From Malacoraja senta (taxonomy: Eukaryota): a stretch of 50,332 nt of DNA. Location: assembly GCA_038087875.1 (NCBI GenBank), contig JAXLNO010000032.1, positions 1 through 50,332 of the forward strand, in the 5' to 3' direction. Shown one piece after another: positions 34,873 to 48,465 of the stretch; the stretch's first letter is position 1, and each line of letters opens with the position of its first letter. A program made the position numbers and the translations under genes. The notes beneath the pieces were generated by a model. It made no database searches. It was not told the origin of the DNA and was given only the letters and a program-made list of their open reading frames with translations.

Positions 34873-36512
34873 TCATCACCAGCTTCAGATTCAGTGCCAG
34901 CTTTTCTTAAAGTGTTTGAAATAAAAGTCCAATTACTTTTATATTTTATAAATAGATTGTAAAATATAAAATTGCACATCTTTGTTCAAATGGAACCAGG
35001 TCCCCTAACTTGTTCATATTCTATTTATTCATTTATCAAGTGCTTGGGAATTGGATGCTAACTTCTTTAATATATTCTGAGTGTTTACTGTACTTATGAA
35101 AGCCAAGAGTACATTTCATATTTAATTGGATTTGCAGTTGCCAATCCCTAAGAAAACAAGGACAGAAATCTCTGGGGCATGCATATGATTTCAGAATTAT
35201 TGCTTGGAAATAAACCAATCTTACAATTTTCGGAATCAAGCATTCGTTTTTTGCTTCTATATTCACTTGTACGTGCCAATATTTGTTTGTTTTCAAATAT
35301 CACTGTCTAATAACTTTCCAATCAAGAGGAGCTATGTCGCTCCTGTTCCTACAGACCCCCTTATAATTCACCTTCACCTCCCGGGACCTCCTCTCTCATC
35401 TCTTTCTTCAACCCTCTGCCCCACCAGTCCAAGGTTTAATCATTCATCCCCCAGAGCTACCTGCATGACCTGTCTTCTGCACAGATAGGAAATGATGGAG
35501 GAACTGCTGAGAACAATGCTAAAAAGCCTTACATGCTGTAGAATAACCAAACCCTGTGGATTATCTTGTGAGCCAAACCAAGAGACGCTGTAATTTAACT
35601 TGGCCTGTGAACGACGGCTTGGTCCTCCCTGTTCTTGCGTGCTGGTTCTCAAATGCCCAGTATAGTCATTAAATGCATTATGATTGCTGTTTAATTCTGA
35701 AACAACTAGCAGCCCTTTATATAAAGATTTTCTTTATGGTATTAATAGAATTTTTATTTAGTTTGTTATTGTACCCTAGTTTTAATGGCCTGTTATTGTC
35801 ATTATTTTCAATATTGCACAAAAGCCCCCCTTGACTACCTTTCACTACTATAAAGATGATATTGATTTAATCTTTTCTCGAATTCTTACATTTGAAACCA
35901 ACAGCTTTGCTTTGCTCTTTGGCTGTAAATGTCAAGAGTTTCATAATGACCATTGGCTCACTGTGTATTACCACAAATTGCAGTAAAACTCCATTGTGAG
36001 ATGGAATTATTAATATACTTAGTAAAAAATATGTTTTTTAAGTGTAGGGACTTGGGTTCCAGATCAACAAATTTGCTGGACAGTTAGGCATTATTCATAT
36101 TAATGACCAAACTTTTTTTTAAATGTGTTACAAAGTATAATAAGCTTCCCAGTTTAAAGGGAGTGGGACAACCAGGGCTCTAGAGCCCACAGAGAGTTGA
36201 AAGGGAGCAGACAAACAGGACCCTTGCCAAGTCAGAAGGCAGCATGACAAACATTAACTAATGGGCTAGACACTGAACAGTTGGGATTTCTAAATGGCCA
36301 AATAGCAGATTATTGACGTTTTACGGTACCATTATTAAATAATTTTAAAGGTTTAACTTTGATCTGCTAGAGTTTGCATTTGGGGATTGCGTCTGAACAG
36401 TAACAACCAAACTAATTAATTTCTGTTGAACAAACTCCATTGTGATCAACTTCTTCCTTAATATTCATTGCTGTTGCATTACTTGTCCATGAAGGGTTTA
36501 CAGATTTTGTGT

Positions 36513-36622
36513 TAGAGTCATAGAGTGATACAGTGTGGAAACAGGCCCTTCAGCCCAACTCGCTCACACCGGCCAACAATGTCCCAGCTACACTAGTCCC
36601 ACTTGCCTGCACTTGGTCCATG
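36513..36622 (-). mobile_element. CR1-type 3' tail or derived SINE tail
   Basis: tagagtcatagagtgatacagtgtggaaacaggcccttcagcccaact...cacttggtcca. Confidence 0.7.
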
Positions 36623-37799
36623 GTTATGCAATCTCAACCTGTTTAGTCATTACTGCATCATTTTACATGTAATAAATGTTCAGGGTACGTAGTTAAATGG
36701 TTAATGATATCACTTGCTTGACTGTTGCCATATAAGAGTTGACTCAGTTGTCTAAAATCTGCCCTCTTTTATCCTGTTCTACTTCATCGCTGCAGCAAAA
36801 GCCTCAAACTTAGATCTGAAAAAAAATCTTCAGAAAAGTATTACTTTACAATATTTCACAGGTGTCATTAATCTATTTGGAATGGAGCTGGTAGATATCA
36901 AAACCCTTTTTGTGTCTAACTCTTTCTAAAAGGATTTCCTGTGTAGCTCGATTTCATCCTTTCAGTGGCGTATCTTCATTTGTGCAACTGAGGTAAAACT
37001 TAAAGCATTCTATTGGGGAGATTACTGTTTTTTCTTGAAATGTAGATTGATCTGAATGATAGATAATCTGCCAGAACTTGAATCAGGCCAATTGTTAGTT
37101 CCCACGGTTTCATGAGCTTTCGAGTCTGAGCTGACACCTCTCCTGTTTAGATCTCAGTTGATACTGAAAGACTTTGCTCATTATAGAATTCTGGATTATC
37201 CTTTGTTGTTACATTTAGACTTACAAGTCTTAGCAGATATACTTCAAGTCAGCTTTGGATTACTTTAAGTTAGTATTAGAAAGAGCGCAGAAGAGATTCA
37301 CCAAGACGTTGCCTGGAGTGGAGAGCTTTAGTTACAAGTAGAGATTGGAGAGGCTGCATTTGTTTACCTTGGAGTGTAGAATTGTGCTATTTTATGGTAG
37401 TGTCAACAATGTTTTGCAGTTGCTGAAACATAAGCATCGTGGCCCTGTTCCTCCAAAGAGTTTATTGCTGCAGACTTTCTAGAGGAAACTTTGTAAACAA
37501 TCACTAACTTAATGTGAATTTCATTATTTTCCATACTGTTCTCACTGTAAAATAAAAAATAATAATTAGGTATATTTGGGTCTTTGGGGTATTTGAAGTA
37601 AAAATTACTTCTTTACAGTCACTGGGCCTATTTTTTAAATGTGCGTCGAGTCTATTTCACATAATGCGTTTCAGAATTAATAATTTACCTTTTGGATAAA
37701 ATCACCATTTTAAAAAAACTTGTTAAATTTGACTTAAAGTTTATGTTTGACTCTCACCACTGTAATTAAAATAAATCTGGAATAATGTCAGTAAAGGTG

Positions 37800-38235
37800 A
37801 GACTGAGAAACAGCACCTCGTCCTCTGGCTTGGCATTTTGCTGCACTCAGGACTTGGGATTGAATTCAGCAGTTTCTGATAACCAGTCGTGATGTAAGGT
37901 TCTGATATAACATTAGCTCAGTTTTTACTCTCCACTGATTCTGCCTGATTTGATGGGTATTTTTGTACCTTTCTCAGTTGTTTCAGATTTCAAGCAACTG
38001 CTGTGGGTTACATCTCAACATGTTCATTTGTTTTGTTAATGTCTAACTACTCTCATCAGACAATTTTGGTCTCCACCACATTACAGACATTTCCTTTCTC
38101 TCCAACCTCCAATTCGCACCTTAAAATATTCTAATTTTTCCAGTTTTGAAAAAAACACACCGAAATCTTAAATCAAATTTTGCTCTACAGATGCTGTCTG
38201 ACCTACTGAACATTTCTAGCATTTTCTGTTTTTGT
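37800..38235 (+). mobile_element. Penelope-like element 3' remnant (GIY-YIG endonuclease C-terminus and terminal repeat)
   Basis: 37805-37879 reads EKQHLVLWLGILLHSGLGIEFSSF*, like the PLE end motif E.HLIFRLGTLQP.GLN; family repeat agatgctgtctgacctactgaacatttctagcatttt at about 38189-38225. Confidence 0.65.
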
Positions 38236-39480
38236 TTAAGAAAAACAAATGGTTAACCACATAGACATTGGTGTATTTTGCACTTTGTGAAAGCCCTGCC
38301 CTCACTGGAATTTGACTTTGATGGAATTGTCTGCATGTTGTGCGACTCTTCAACAGCAAAGGAAGTATTGCCACATTCATCTTTAATCCTATCATCAGTG
38401 TTTTTGTGCTCTTCCATTCAGCTGCAATGGTATCTTATTAGATTTTACAATTCTTACCCGAGCAAGTTCTGTGTTATTATCTTAAGCAAATCTGGAGCTT
38501 GCCACTCCTTGAGTTGCCAATGTCTGTGAGTCTATGTCATAGGTCAAGTTTCTCTTTTCTACAGTTTCCTTTCTTTTTTTAATTTTGTGTAATTTATCTT
38601 TTACAAATCTGTTTTTGTATGTAGTCGGAGTCTATGTGCCTGTAATACTGCCGTAAGCTAGATTTTCTTTGTACTTGTACCTCACTGTACTTATACATAT
38701 GACAATCAACTTGCCTTGATATGAGTTGAACTTTGCCTCGATATTAAATCTGAAGTTATAATGATAATGCCAGAATTAAAAAGCAAGCAGACATCAGTTC
38801 TATTGGTGCAAAATTTTAATTGTTTTAAAGTATTTCCACAGCAAAATGGCAGCTTGTACACAGTTTCTTTAGGCATCTGCCACTCATTTTTTAAAAACTG
38901 GCTGCTACAAAAGAGAAGAGACAATCAAATATTTATTTTACCTTTTCAACTACACTTGACTTTTTTTGACTCCTATGTTACACTATGGTCATAATTTATG
39001 TGGAGAACATGTGAAATTTTGTCTTGAGCCTCTAATTAATTACCTATTTAGAATTTTAATATGCAGCTATACGGAACATAAATGTAGCAAAGTGGGTATA
39101 TGGTGTTTGGAGTGTCAATAATCTCTAAAATCTGGATTTGAAATAAGAACCACCTTTTACTGTCTCCATTTCTTCTTGCAGAGTACAACTGATTTGGTTG
39201 CTAAAAGGCAGTTGTGCTGAGATGATTCTATTTTTTGAAGCCATTTTGAATGTTCAAATAGTAAAATAAATCATTTAAGTGCACCATCTGTACACTGAAT
39301 ACATTGGGCAGTGTAAGAGTAGAGCAGGGCGATTTAAATGTTTAATATTGAAATCAAAATGAAAATAGTTTGATTTAAATTTGAAGATGAGCTGTTCAAA
39401 AATAGTAATTAAAGACTATGCAACCTTCTGGTATTTGAGAAATGTGTCATATTTAAACAAAGGTATATTTATCTTAACAG

Positions 39481-39637
39481 AAAAGCAGAACAGCATTGCA
39501 ATTACCAGTAATGTGTCGGTGTTTGTTCCAACTGTGAATGCCACATCCACTTCTAAAACCAATCGACTAAGTGTACATAGTCTTGGATCTGGTGACGCTG
39601 AAGTGTGCACAATGAAACTAGATCGACCAAATTCTTT
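39481..39637 (+). CDS. ARHGAP26: ARHGAP26 Ser-rich linker exon, 157 nt, phase 1-2
   Basis: atcttaacag|AA...TCTTT|gtaagt; (E)KQNSIAITSNVSVFVPTVNATSTSKTNRLSVHSLGSGDAEVCTMKLDRPNS(L); ends in the GRAF1-like RPNSL. Confidence 0.88.
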
Positions 39638-40084
39638 GTAAGTACTGCAGATGTCATATTTCCCTTTGTATGTAGTAATATCTATTGATTGAGAGAACAA
39701 TAATGTTTTTCTTGGTTAAAAGTAAGTAGTTTACTGCGTATATTTTACTGGTCATGTCATTTTTGTTAATAGCTGGCTGCTGGACCTGGCATTGTTCAGA
39801 TTATTTTACTTGCAGTATTAATGTTTGCCTTAATTTCCATACAATCAGCTTTTATAACACATTGCAAAATCAAACTTATATATATAATCGCAGGTTTAAA
39901 ACTATGTAGTTTAACTAAAGTTACCAATAAAAACATTAACACTGCAATTAAATAAGTATACATATATATCAATTTGATATAGTTCTCTTTAGGTATATAC
40001 CTATAGACAATGTAAATATACTTGATCTCACTGTTGAAGTGGTTCAGAATATGCTATACTTCTTTCTTTTGAATTTGGTGTAAA

Positions 40085-41300
40085 CATTATCCTAACTCTG
40101 GAGCAACCAACATATAACTGATTGCGGAAAAAGCATTGAGTTTCTCTAAAGGTCTAAAGTCTAAACTTTTAGTGATTGACCTTATGCCTTGTTAAAGGCT
40201 CATAGCAAATCTAAGTTGTGGCAGAATGCTGGTCACTTGAATTGAAAAGGTAGATCAGATGGGATAATTGGTATCCAAGAAATGAGGACATTTTCTCCAA
40301 TAGTATTACCAGTTATTATTATTGTAATTTCTGAACTCATAATCTTGTGCCATTGCATGGGATTGGCGATTGAAATTTCAAGTAGTATTATTGTAGTTCC
40401 TTCTTTTACTTTAAGATTTATGTGATGGCACAACAGATGGTAAGTGGTTAAAAATTCTACAGAAATATGAACAGCCTCATCAATGTCTGCCACTTGTCAA
40501 TAGGTTTATATTGTGCAGACTGGGAAGCATCAAATTAAGGTATTTATGGCCTACACGGCATCATTTTTTTGGAGTGCTAAAATCGCTTCTTTACACAACC
40601 ATAGGTAATTCAAATAGCATTGAGTGACATTTGGGAAAACAGCTTACAGATCATGAAATAATGTAACAATTTGACCCAGGATTTAGTCAAAAGCATTTAT
40701 GTTGAGTGTGTTTAATTTTCCCATTTCCTAATTTGAGTAAAGTGAAAGCAAACTCCCTTACAGATGGATCGCCTATTAAATGTGTTTGCATATTGGTTTT
40801 CGAGTGCAATTGTTTAATATTTTTCCAAATATATGATGCTTTAATGTAGGCTTTCAATTTATCTGCTTTAGTATATCATGGAATAACTGATAGCATTTAA
40901 TGAAAGTCTCTAGCTAGCACACGAGTAACACCTCCCATTAATTGATTATGATGACTCAGATCTTGCAATTTCCGATCTAAAACATCAGTGGTTGCTTTGT
41001 GATCCATTGTGCATTTATCCAAGACAATAAGCATGCAGTCTTTGGGAGTATTTTAATTTATATTTGCCCATCCAATGTCACATATTGGAGTCTTCATATT
41101 TGTCAAATTGAAAGAACGTTTTAATGCGATTTTTGCCGTTTTTCCCTGTCAAAAGTATTGAAATTATGTCTGACAATATCATGCCCGACAATGCAATGCC
41201 AGGGCAATCATAATATGTCTTTGAACTTGAGACAAAAGTAGATTAATAAGAAAAGTGTTCCCATTTACACCAGAAGCATTCAAGAATAATGTTCCCTTGG
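40085..41300 (-). mobile_element. Fossil Helitron RepHel PIF1-helicase region
   Basis: Ordered minus-strand relics LFLNASGVNGNTFLINLL, LIVLDKCTMDHK, WLCKEAILA, GENVLISWIPIIPSDLPFQFK, FAMS..NKA*GQSLKV, NQLYVGCSRV. Confidence 0.85.
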
Positions 41301-42429
41301 CTAGTGAAAACAATATCTGTTGCATTTCTTTGGTATCTCGCCCTTGGGTATGTTTGTCTAACTTGTTTAAGTTGCAACTGATTTCCTGTTGAAACTCAGT
41401 GCACCAATTTTCTTTTTTTGTGTAGTTCAGTTTTATTTTGCCCAGTTTAAAATACTTTGATAAATGTAATAAGGGAAAATATACTTATTGACTTGATGCT
41501 TAGCTTAGTTGCTTATGCAATGTGGGAAGTATAGCTTTGTAAATCAACCAATATTTAGATCTATTTGAAGTCAAAGAAATGAATATCGGGCAATGTATCC
41601 AACAATGACTCACGACGATTGTCTATTTTGCATTACTACCTATCACAAATTTGCACCTCATTTACTTAATTTGTGCTTATTTCTGTTTCAGTTCTTCACA
41701 TTTGTATTTGCTGTTGAAGCATACCAAATGATTGTAGTGAAGATTTTCTCTTACTATTTATCACCTTCATCTGTATTCACAGATTAAATTTGAATACGGT
41801 GTTGGGAAAATATTTCTATATGTTATAAAAATAACAAATTCCAACTGTTATTTTTAGGCATTATCACCCAGTAGCACTCCTCTGGGCCCCTCTGGAAACT
41901 TGCCAGTAAATAAAACCATCTGGTATTTGCACGATCTGATGCAAACTAGTGATGGACCCATAAGCCCGACCTGTTTGCATGTATTCCTACTAGTTTATGA
42001 ATTGGTTATTTGTTCTTCCCAGGGCTCTGTGGTCAGGCTATGCAACTTTGGCAGCTCGATTCAGAAAAAGGTGAAAAGAGAGTGATGCATGTTACAGGTT
42101 CCTTGCATTGTGTTGCACGTACAAAACATCTTTCAAATTCGAATGTTACCCTTTTGGCAAGGAGGAGAATGAAAACTGCTTATTAATTTACAGCTATTTC
42201 ATAAAGTAGCATTAATCCTGTGCAGTCTGCTTGTGTTGGAAAAAGCGAAGAGGAACAAATTCACCGTGTCCTGCAACTCTGAGCCATTGACGTATCCATA
42301 TTATTTAGTCTATATGAACCAGTAATACATTATGGGTTAGCCCAACAGATTGATACCTCCCCATTATTTCTACTTTTTACATTCTTACATCCGTCATTTG
42401 TGTATTAGTACTACAAGAAAGACAGATTA

Positions 42430-44321
42430 CTAACCGTCCAAAATGGCTACCAATAGTCTTGAAACAAAGTACCCTAAGAATGTGCTACCAAAAACTATTA
42501 ACATGTCCACTGTCTCGCCAGAGGCCCCAATACTCATTTTGGAAAATCAGTCCATCAGGCTGTGCTCCTATTCACAAGCAGAAACAGAAGTATGAGGATC
42601 CAGTACAGAAAGCTGTACAGTGCTGATCTGAGGAAACAGGAGCTCCTACATGACTGGTCTACATTCAAGCAATCAGCGGCTAGCCAAAATGAGTAGGCCA
42701 CTGCTGTCACAGATTTCATCAGTAAATGTGTAGCGGACAGCATGCCAAAGGAATCAATCTGTCTTCCCCAACCAGAAACCATTGATGAACCGTGAGATAC
42801 ATCCACTATTGAAGTTCAAATCGATAGATCCCAACAGGATCTATTACAGGAAATCTAGCTACGACCTGCGCAAAGCTGTCAGGGTTGCCAAGGGACAGTT
42901 CCAGACCAAGGTAGAGTCCCAGACCAACCACACACCCATCCATTGTGGCAAGGCTTGGCTACAGAGCAAAAGTCGGGCAGAATCGTTGATAACAATGCAT
43001 CCCTTCCAAACGAGCTCAAAGCATTCTATGCTAATTTTGAACAGAAGGTGAGTGGAATGAAGTCACCCAGCCTGAATCTGCAGAAAGTGACTGGCTCAGG
43101 TGGAGTCCCCATCTGTATCCTCAGAACCTGCGTGGACCAGCTGGCAGGTGTATTGACAGACATATTTAATCACTCCCTACTCTAATCTGAGGTTCCCACC
43201 AGCTTTAAGAAGACTCACCAGACAAGGTAGCAGGCCTTAATTACCTCTTTCCAGTAGCTCATCCCTGTAAAATCTGGATAATAAGTTTATTGACTATAGC
43301 TCTGCCTATTTATTTATTGACTATTGCTCAGTCTTCAACACCATAATTCCAACTGCACTCCTGGTCTTAAGACTCAGCACCCCCTCTACAACAGGATCCT
43401 TGACCTCCTGACCCATAGTCCGCAATCAGTAGCATTAGGCAACTAAATATGCTCCATAATAATTCTCAACTCCAGTGTCCCACAAGGCTGTGTTCTCAGC
43501 CCCTTTCTATATTCTCTGTATACATACAACTGTGGGCAAATTCTGCTCTAAGTTTGCAAGTGACACCATTGTAGTGGGCCATATCTCAAACAATAATGCA
43601 AAAGGTGGTCGATAGCTTTAATAGCATTGAGTCAAGACAATAACCTCTCTTCCAGTTCGTAAAATGAAGCAGCTGATCATCAACTTCAGGAAATGGGATG
43701 GATTACACGACCCAATCTGTATTAGTGGTGCTGAAGTGAAGATAGTCAAGAGCTTCCAGTTCCTAGATGTAAATATCAGCAACAATTTGTCCTGGTTCAA
43801 CCTCTACTTCCTCAGAATAGCAAGGAAATCAGCATGTCTCCAATGACTCTTACCAATTTCTACTGAAAGCATCATCCCGATGCATCACTGCTTGTTGTGG
43901 CTACTGCTGTGGTTAAGACCACAAGAAATTGCAAGAAGGACTAGCAGCCCATTTCATCGCACAAACCACAGCAAACCTCACCCTTGTCAACTCTATCTGT
44001 ACATTCTATACTTCATGCTGCCTCAGGAAAGCAGCTGACATAATCAAGGACGACTCGCACCTGTGGCAGAAGATACAAAAGTTTGAAAGCACATCCCACC
44101 GGATTCAATACAGCTTTTTCACTGCTTCCAGCTCTCGAATGGACTTCATAATCTACAGATGAATTTTTGATCTTCCAATCCACCTTATTGCAGATCTTGC
44201 ACTACCTTTTTCTCTTTTGCACTACCTGATGTCCTCGTGTATGGCGTGATTTTCCTACATAGCATGCAAAACAACATTTTTCTCATCTTCTTGGTATGTG
44301 ACAACAATAAACCAATACCAA
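42430..44321 (+). mobile_element. Degraded Rex1/Babar-type LINE
   Basis: AVTDFISKCV, KVTGSGGVPICILRTCVDQLAGVLTDIFNHSL, SVPQGCVLSP, KQLIINFRK; tail tgtgacaacaataaaccaatacca. Confidence 0.85.
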
Positions 44322-45383
44322 GAAAAATGCATCGAGACATTTTGACATTGTCAAGATGAAACACCTAATCCACAAATTACTTATGTATTTTCTGTAAGTA
44401 ACCAAATAATTAATCATTTCAAATATTGACTATTCTACTGTGACATGCAGTAAAGTTATTTCTCTATTACCAGAACTTATTATTTTAGTGAAAATTTGAT
44501 ATCCTTACCGAACATGGTTAATTGATGTTAGTAACTTCATCAGACCAAATTTGAAAATTGTAGTCTGTAGCCCTTCAAAGGCATATGTTTTATTCTAGAT
44601 TTCACTGCATGAACTCCGATCTCTTGTATTGCCGTAAGGCAGTTACGTAAGAACGGAAAATGAATGGACTTGACACATATGCATATTACAATGACCAGTT
44701 TCCTCTTCCTGCATTCATTCTATACCCCTACATACACTCGTACTTACATTAATGCTGGCTGAATTTGTTGTAGAAAATGTTTTTTTTAATCAAAAAGGGA
44801 ATTTTAGATTTTTTAAAATTGTTATCGTAGTACATATGTTGAACCGCCTCCCTGCTCCATGTTTGTTTGAGCATGTGCGTTGTCAGTGCTTTGAAAAGTA
44901 TCAGCATTTAATTTGGGGCTGCAAACCAATTCTTTAACCAAACATCATATGTAGTTTACCACCAAAGTAAACACATCGAATATGATTAAGAGTTTAGTGC
45001 TGTAGGGGATTTCTACATATGATAAGCTGAATAATTTTAATGGGAACGAATAAATTTCTATTGAGATGATATATAAATGAAATTATGATGAATATTGCTG
45101 ATATAATATGCAGTCCAATCAACATGTATGTTTTAGGTACATTTTCAATTTCAACAAAACCTCTGGATCTACATCTGTTTCCCTTTTACTAAAATGTGTA
45201 TGCCGCCTAAAAAATATATAACGACTTAAACTGATGCAGTTTTCATATTGAAAACAAAACAAAACTCTTTGTTCAGAATTGTAGCCAGTGGAATAGAAAC
45301 AGCTGTAATAGTGTTGATATAAAACTGACTAAATGACAGCAAGTAGTACTCAATTTATTTTGATTGAAAGTAGGCAATGGTTT

Positions 45384-45990
45384 CAAGGTCAGTTTATTGT
45401 CACGTGTACCAATTAAGGTACAGTGAAATTCGAATTACCATACAGCATACTTTATTAAAAAAGGCAACAAGACACACAACTACATAAAACTTAACATAAA
45501 CATTCCTACGTTCCTCACTGTGATGGAAGGCAATAAAGTCTTATCTTCTCCTCCTTATTCTCCCGTGGTCGGGGCAGTCGAACCATCCGCAGTCGGAGCG
45601 ATCAAAGCTCCCGCAGCCGGCGGTTGAAGCTCCCGTATCGGTGCAGTCGAAGCTCCCGCATCGTGGCGGTCGAAGCTCCTGCGGCATGGAGCTCCCGAAG
45701 TCGGTCTACGACGAGAGACTGCAAGCTCTACGGTTAAAGTCCGCAGGCCCCCGCGGTTGGAGCTCTCCGAAGTTGGTCTTCAGCAAAGGCCGGCAACTCC
45801 TCGATATTAGGCGGCAATGTGGACGGAGAAAATCGCATCTCCGTCGAGGTAAGAGATTTGAAAATGTATCCCCCAACCCCCACATAAAACAAGCTAAAGA
45901 ACACTAAAAATATACATTTAACACTTACAAAAGAAACAACATAGAAAGAAGGGACAGACAGACTGCAAGGCAGCTATTGCTGGCGCCACC
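45384..45990 (-). mobile_element. GC/CpG-rich non-coding retroelement, copy 2
   Basis: Homologous to 8299-9131; internal (g)aagctcc repeats. Confidence 0.75.
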
Positions 45991-46129
45991 CGGTGGAACT
46001 GGTTTCCCAAGGAGGCCGAAATAAGGCCACACTTCAACTTATGTGTACATGCAATATTTCCAAATTTGAAGAAGACACAAATCTTGTGAGGAGGGTGGTA
46101 GTAGAAAAACTGAGGAATAGATTTCAAGA

Positions 46130-47090
46130 GGATATGGAAGAGCTGGTGGAATGGATAACAGGTGAATAATAATGCATGAACATGTGAATTGTTGGATTTG
46201 GGTAGGAAGATAAGGAGAGGTGACAAACTTAAAGGCACAATTCTAAAATAATACAGGAAGAGGAATATCTTGGCAGTTTATGTGTAAAAATCAATTAAAG
46301 TGGCAGAACAGTTTGAGTAAAGAATGCAACAAAATAATATGGGATCCTAGAGATAGGGAAAAGGAGAAGCAGAGGGTACAAAAGCAAGGCTGTTACAATG
46401 TGTTTTTCTGAAATATTGCTCAGCCACAATAGTAATAATGTGTCCTGTTCTGGGTAGGACTGATATGAAGGCTTAGAGAGGAAGTAGAGGAGAATTACTA
46501 GGATGATGCCCGGGAAGGGAGAACACAAAGTGCTGGAGGAAGTCAAAGGGTTTTGTGCAGCATCACTAGAGGGAATGAACAAACAATATTTCAGTTTGGG
46601 ATGCTTCACACTCTTTTGTCTACCCATGCCCTCCGCAGATGCCGCCTGATCCACTAAGTTCCTCAGCACTGTGAGCCTTGCTCACGATTCCAGCATCTAT
46701 GTCTCCTGGGATGAGAGACTTTAATCAGGTAGATAGATTGGAGAAGCGAGGATTGTTCTACTTAGAACAGAGAGGTTCGAGAGGGATAGATGGATTAAGA
46801 TCACATGGGGTCTACAAGGAATTAATAGAGAAAACCTTTTTTTCCCCTTGGAGGAAGTGTCAAGAACTTGAGGATGCAGAATAAAAATCATTGGCAAAAG
46901 AATCTGAATTGACATGAGAAAAATCTTTTGCACACAACAGGTGGTTAGGATATGGATCCACAACTGTGGAATAGTCTTATTCAATTATGGCATTGAGAAG
47001 AGAATTAGATGAGCATAAAAGGAAAATTAAATGCAGGATGATGGAGGAAGGTTGAGGGAATGGAATTAGCTGGAAAGGTCTCGCAGAGAG
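46130..47090 (+). mobile_element. Old CR1-type LINE 3' part interrupted by an old palindromic Penelope-derived repeat (about 46520-46700)
   Basis: RRITRMMPG...MRDFNQVDRLEKRGLFYLEQR relics either side of the insert. Confidence 0.65.
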
Positions 47091-47600
47091 ATGGGTGTAA
47101 TTGCATGGTTTGGAAACAGCTCCATACATGACCACAAAAAATTGGAGAAAATTATCGCTGCACCCCAGAGCATCACACAATCCGACCTCCCTTCCATTGA
47201 CTCCATTTACACTTTATGCTGCCTCAGCAAGGCCACCAACATAATCAAGGACGAGTCTCGCCCGGTCACTCCCTCTTTTCCCCTCACCCAACAGGCAAAA
47301 GGTATAGAAGTGTGAAAATGCACACCTCCAGATTATAATCGAGCATACAAACAGTGTGAAGATACATGATAAAGGGAATAACATTTCTTCCCAGCTGTTA
47401 TCAGGCAACTGAACCACTTTATCAACAACTGGGGAGCAGTCCTGAGTCTTCCTCATTGGGGGAGATAGTAGCTCAGGACTATCTTTAAGCAAACTTTATT
47501 GAACTTTATCTTGCACTAGATGTTATTCCCTTATCATGTATCTCTGTGGACAGCTTGATTGTAATCATGCATTTTCTTTCCACTGACTGGTTAGCATTAG
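47091..47600 (+). mobile_element. Rex1/Babar-type LINE 3' part
   Basis: IAWFGNSS...LPSIDSIYTLCCLSKATNIIKD. Confidence 0.8.
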
Positions 47601-48130
47601 GTTTAGGTTTATTATTGTCACGTCTGCTGAGGTACAGTGAAAACCTATGTTTTGCATGTTATCTCAATCTTTATATTTTGCCAAAACCTGAAAAGGGCAT
47701 TCAGGGAGCAGAACAAAGTCTGCAATTGATTTTAATAGTTTTAAATATTTCTGACATTGTGCTATTTAGAAGCTTGCTAATATTGACATAAATGTAAAAA
47801 CAAAACAGAATTTAAAAACTAGTTGAAATAGAGGCACTGGAATATGCTACTGAGATGCAATCACCAATGAAAGCTTGCTGCTCAACTCCTAGGAGAAAGG
47901 GACAGTCACATTGGCCCTTGCTGTCCACTTCAGATAGGTTACAGGGGTTTCCGTGAAGTTACCTGGCCTACACAGACCTTTTATGATTGATGACCTTTGA
48001 ATTGTATTTTCAACAACTAACTTTATATTCCATCATCCTAACTGCCAAGTTACTCTGAACATGTTAAAAGGCAAATGAGCAGAAATTCATACAAAAAGAC
48101 ATTTCCATATTGTCAATTATCTGGAATGTT

Positions 48131-48172
48131 TGCTCTCTGCGCTTTTAATGCTCTCTGCGCTTTTAATGCTCT
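48131..48172. repeat. 18-bp tandem repeat, 2.3 copies
   Basis: tgctctctgcgcttttaa x2 + tgctct. Confidence 0.95.
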
Positions 48173-48465
48173 GTGCCTGCTGGAGTTTAACATGTTGTCT
48201 GCCCAGCCACCACACACATAACTGGACAGTCTGGTTTTAATAACTGCTTGTCGGGGTGGAAGATTGCAACCTTCACGTGGTCCGCCCTGTTTTGACGAAT
48301 GCAATCAACCCGGTGTGCACAATCAAATAAGATCAAATAGAACAAGTTGTCCTACAACTTTAGGCTGTGCACGCATAAAAGTATAGAATAGGAAATTAGA
48401 ACAGGAGATTTCTGAGAGGAGTCTATCAGCGGAGTTGTTATTTTTGACAATAGCAACGGAAATAC

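Noticed and set aside
190..39637. Assignment to ARHGAP10, ARHGAP42 or OPHN1
   Set aside because: GINEQGLYRIVGVNSRVQKLL, MEAMDGREPVY and RPNSL fit ARHGAP26; a phylogeny would be definitive
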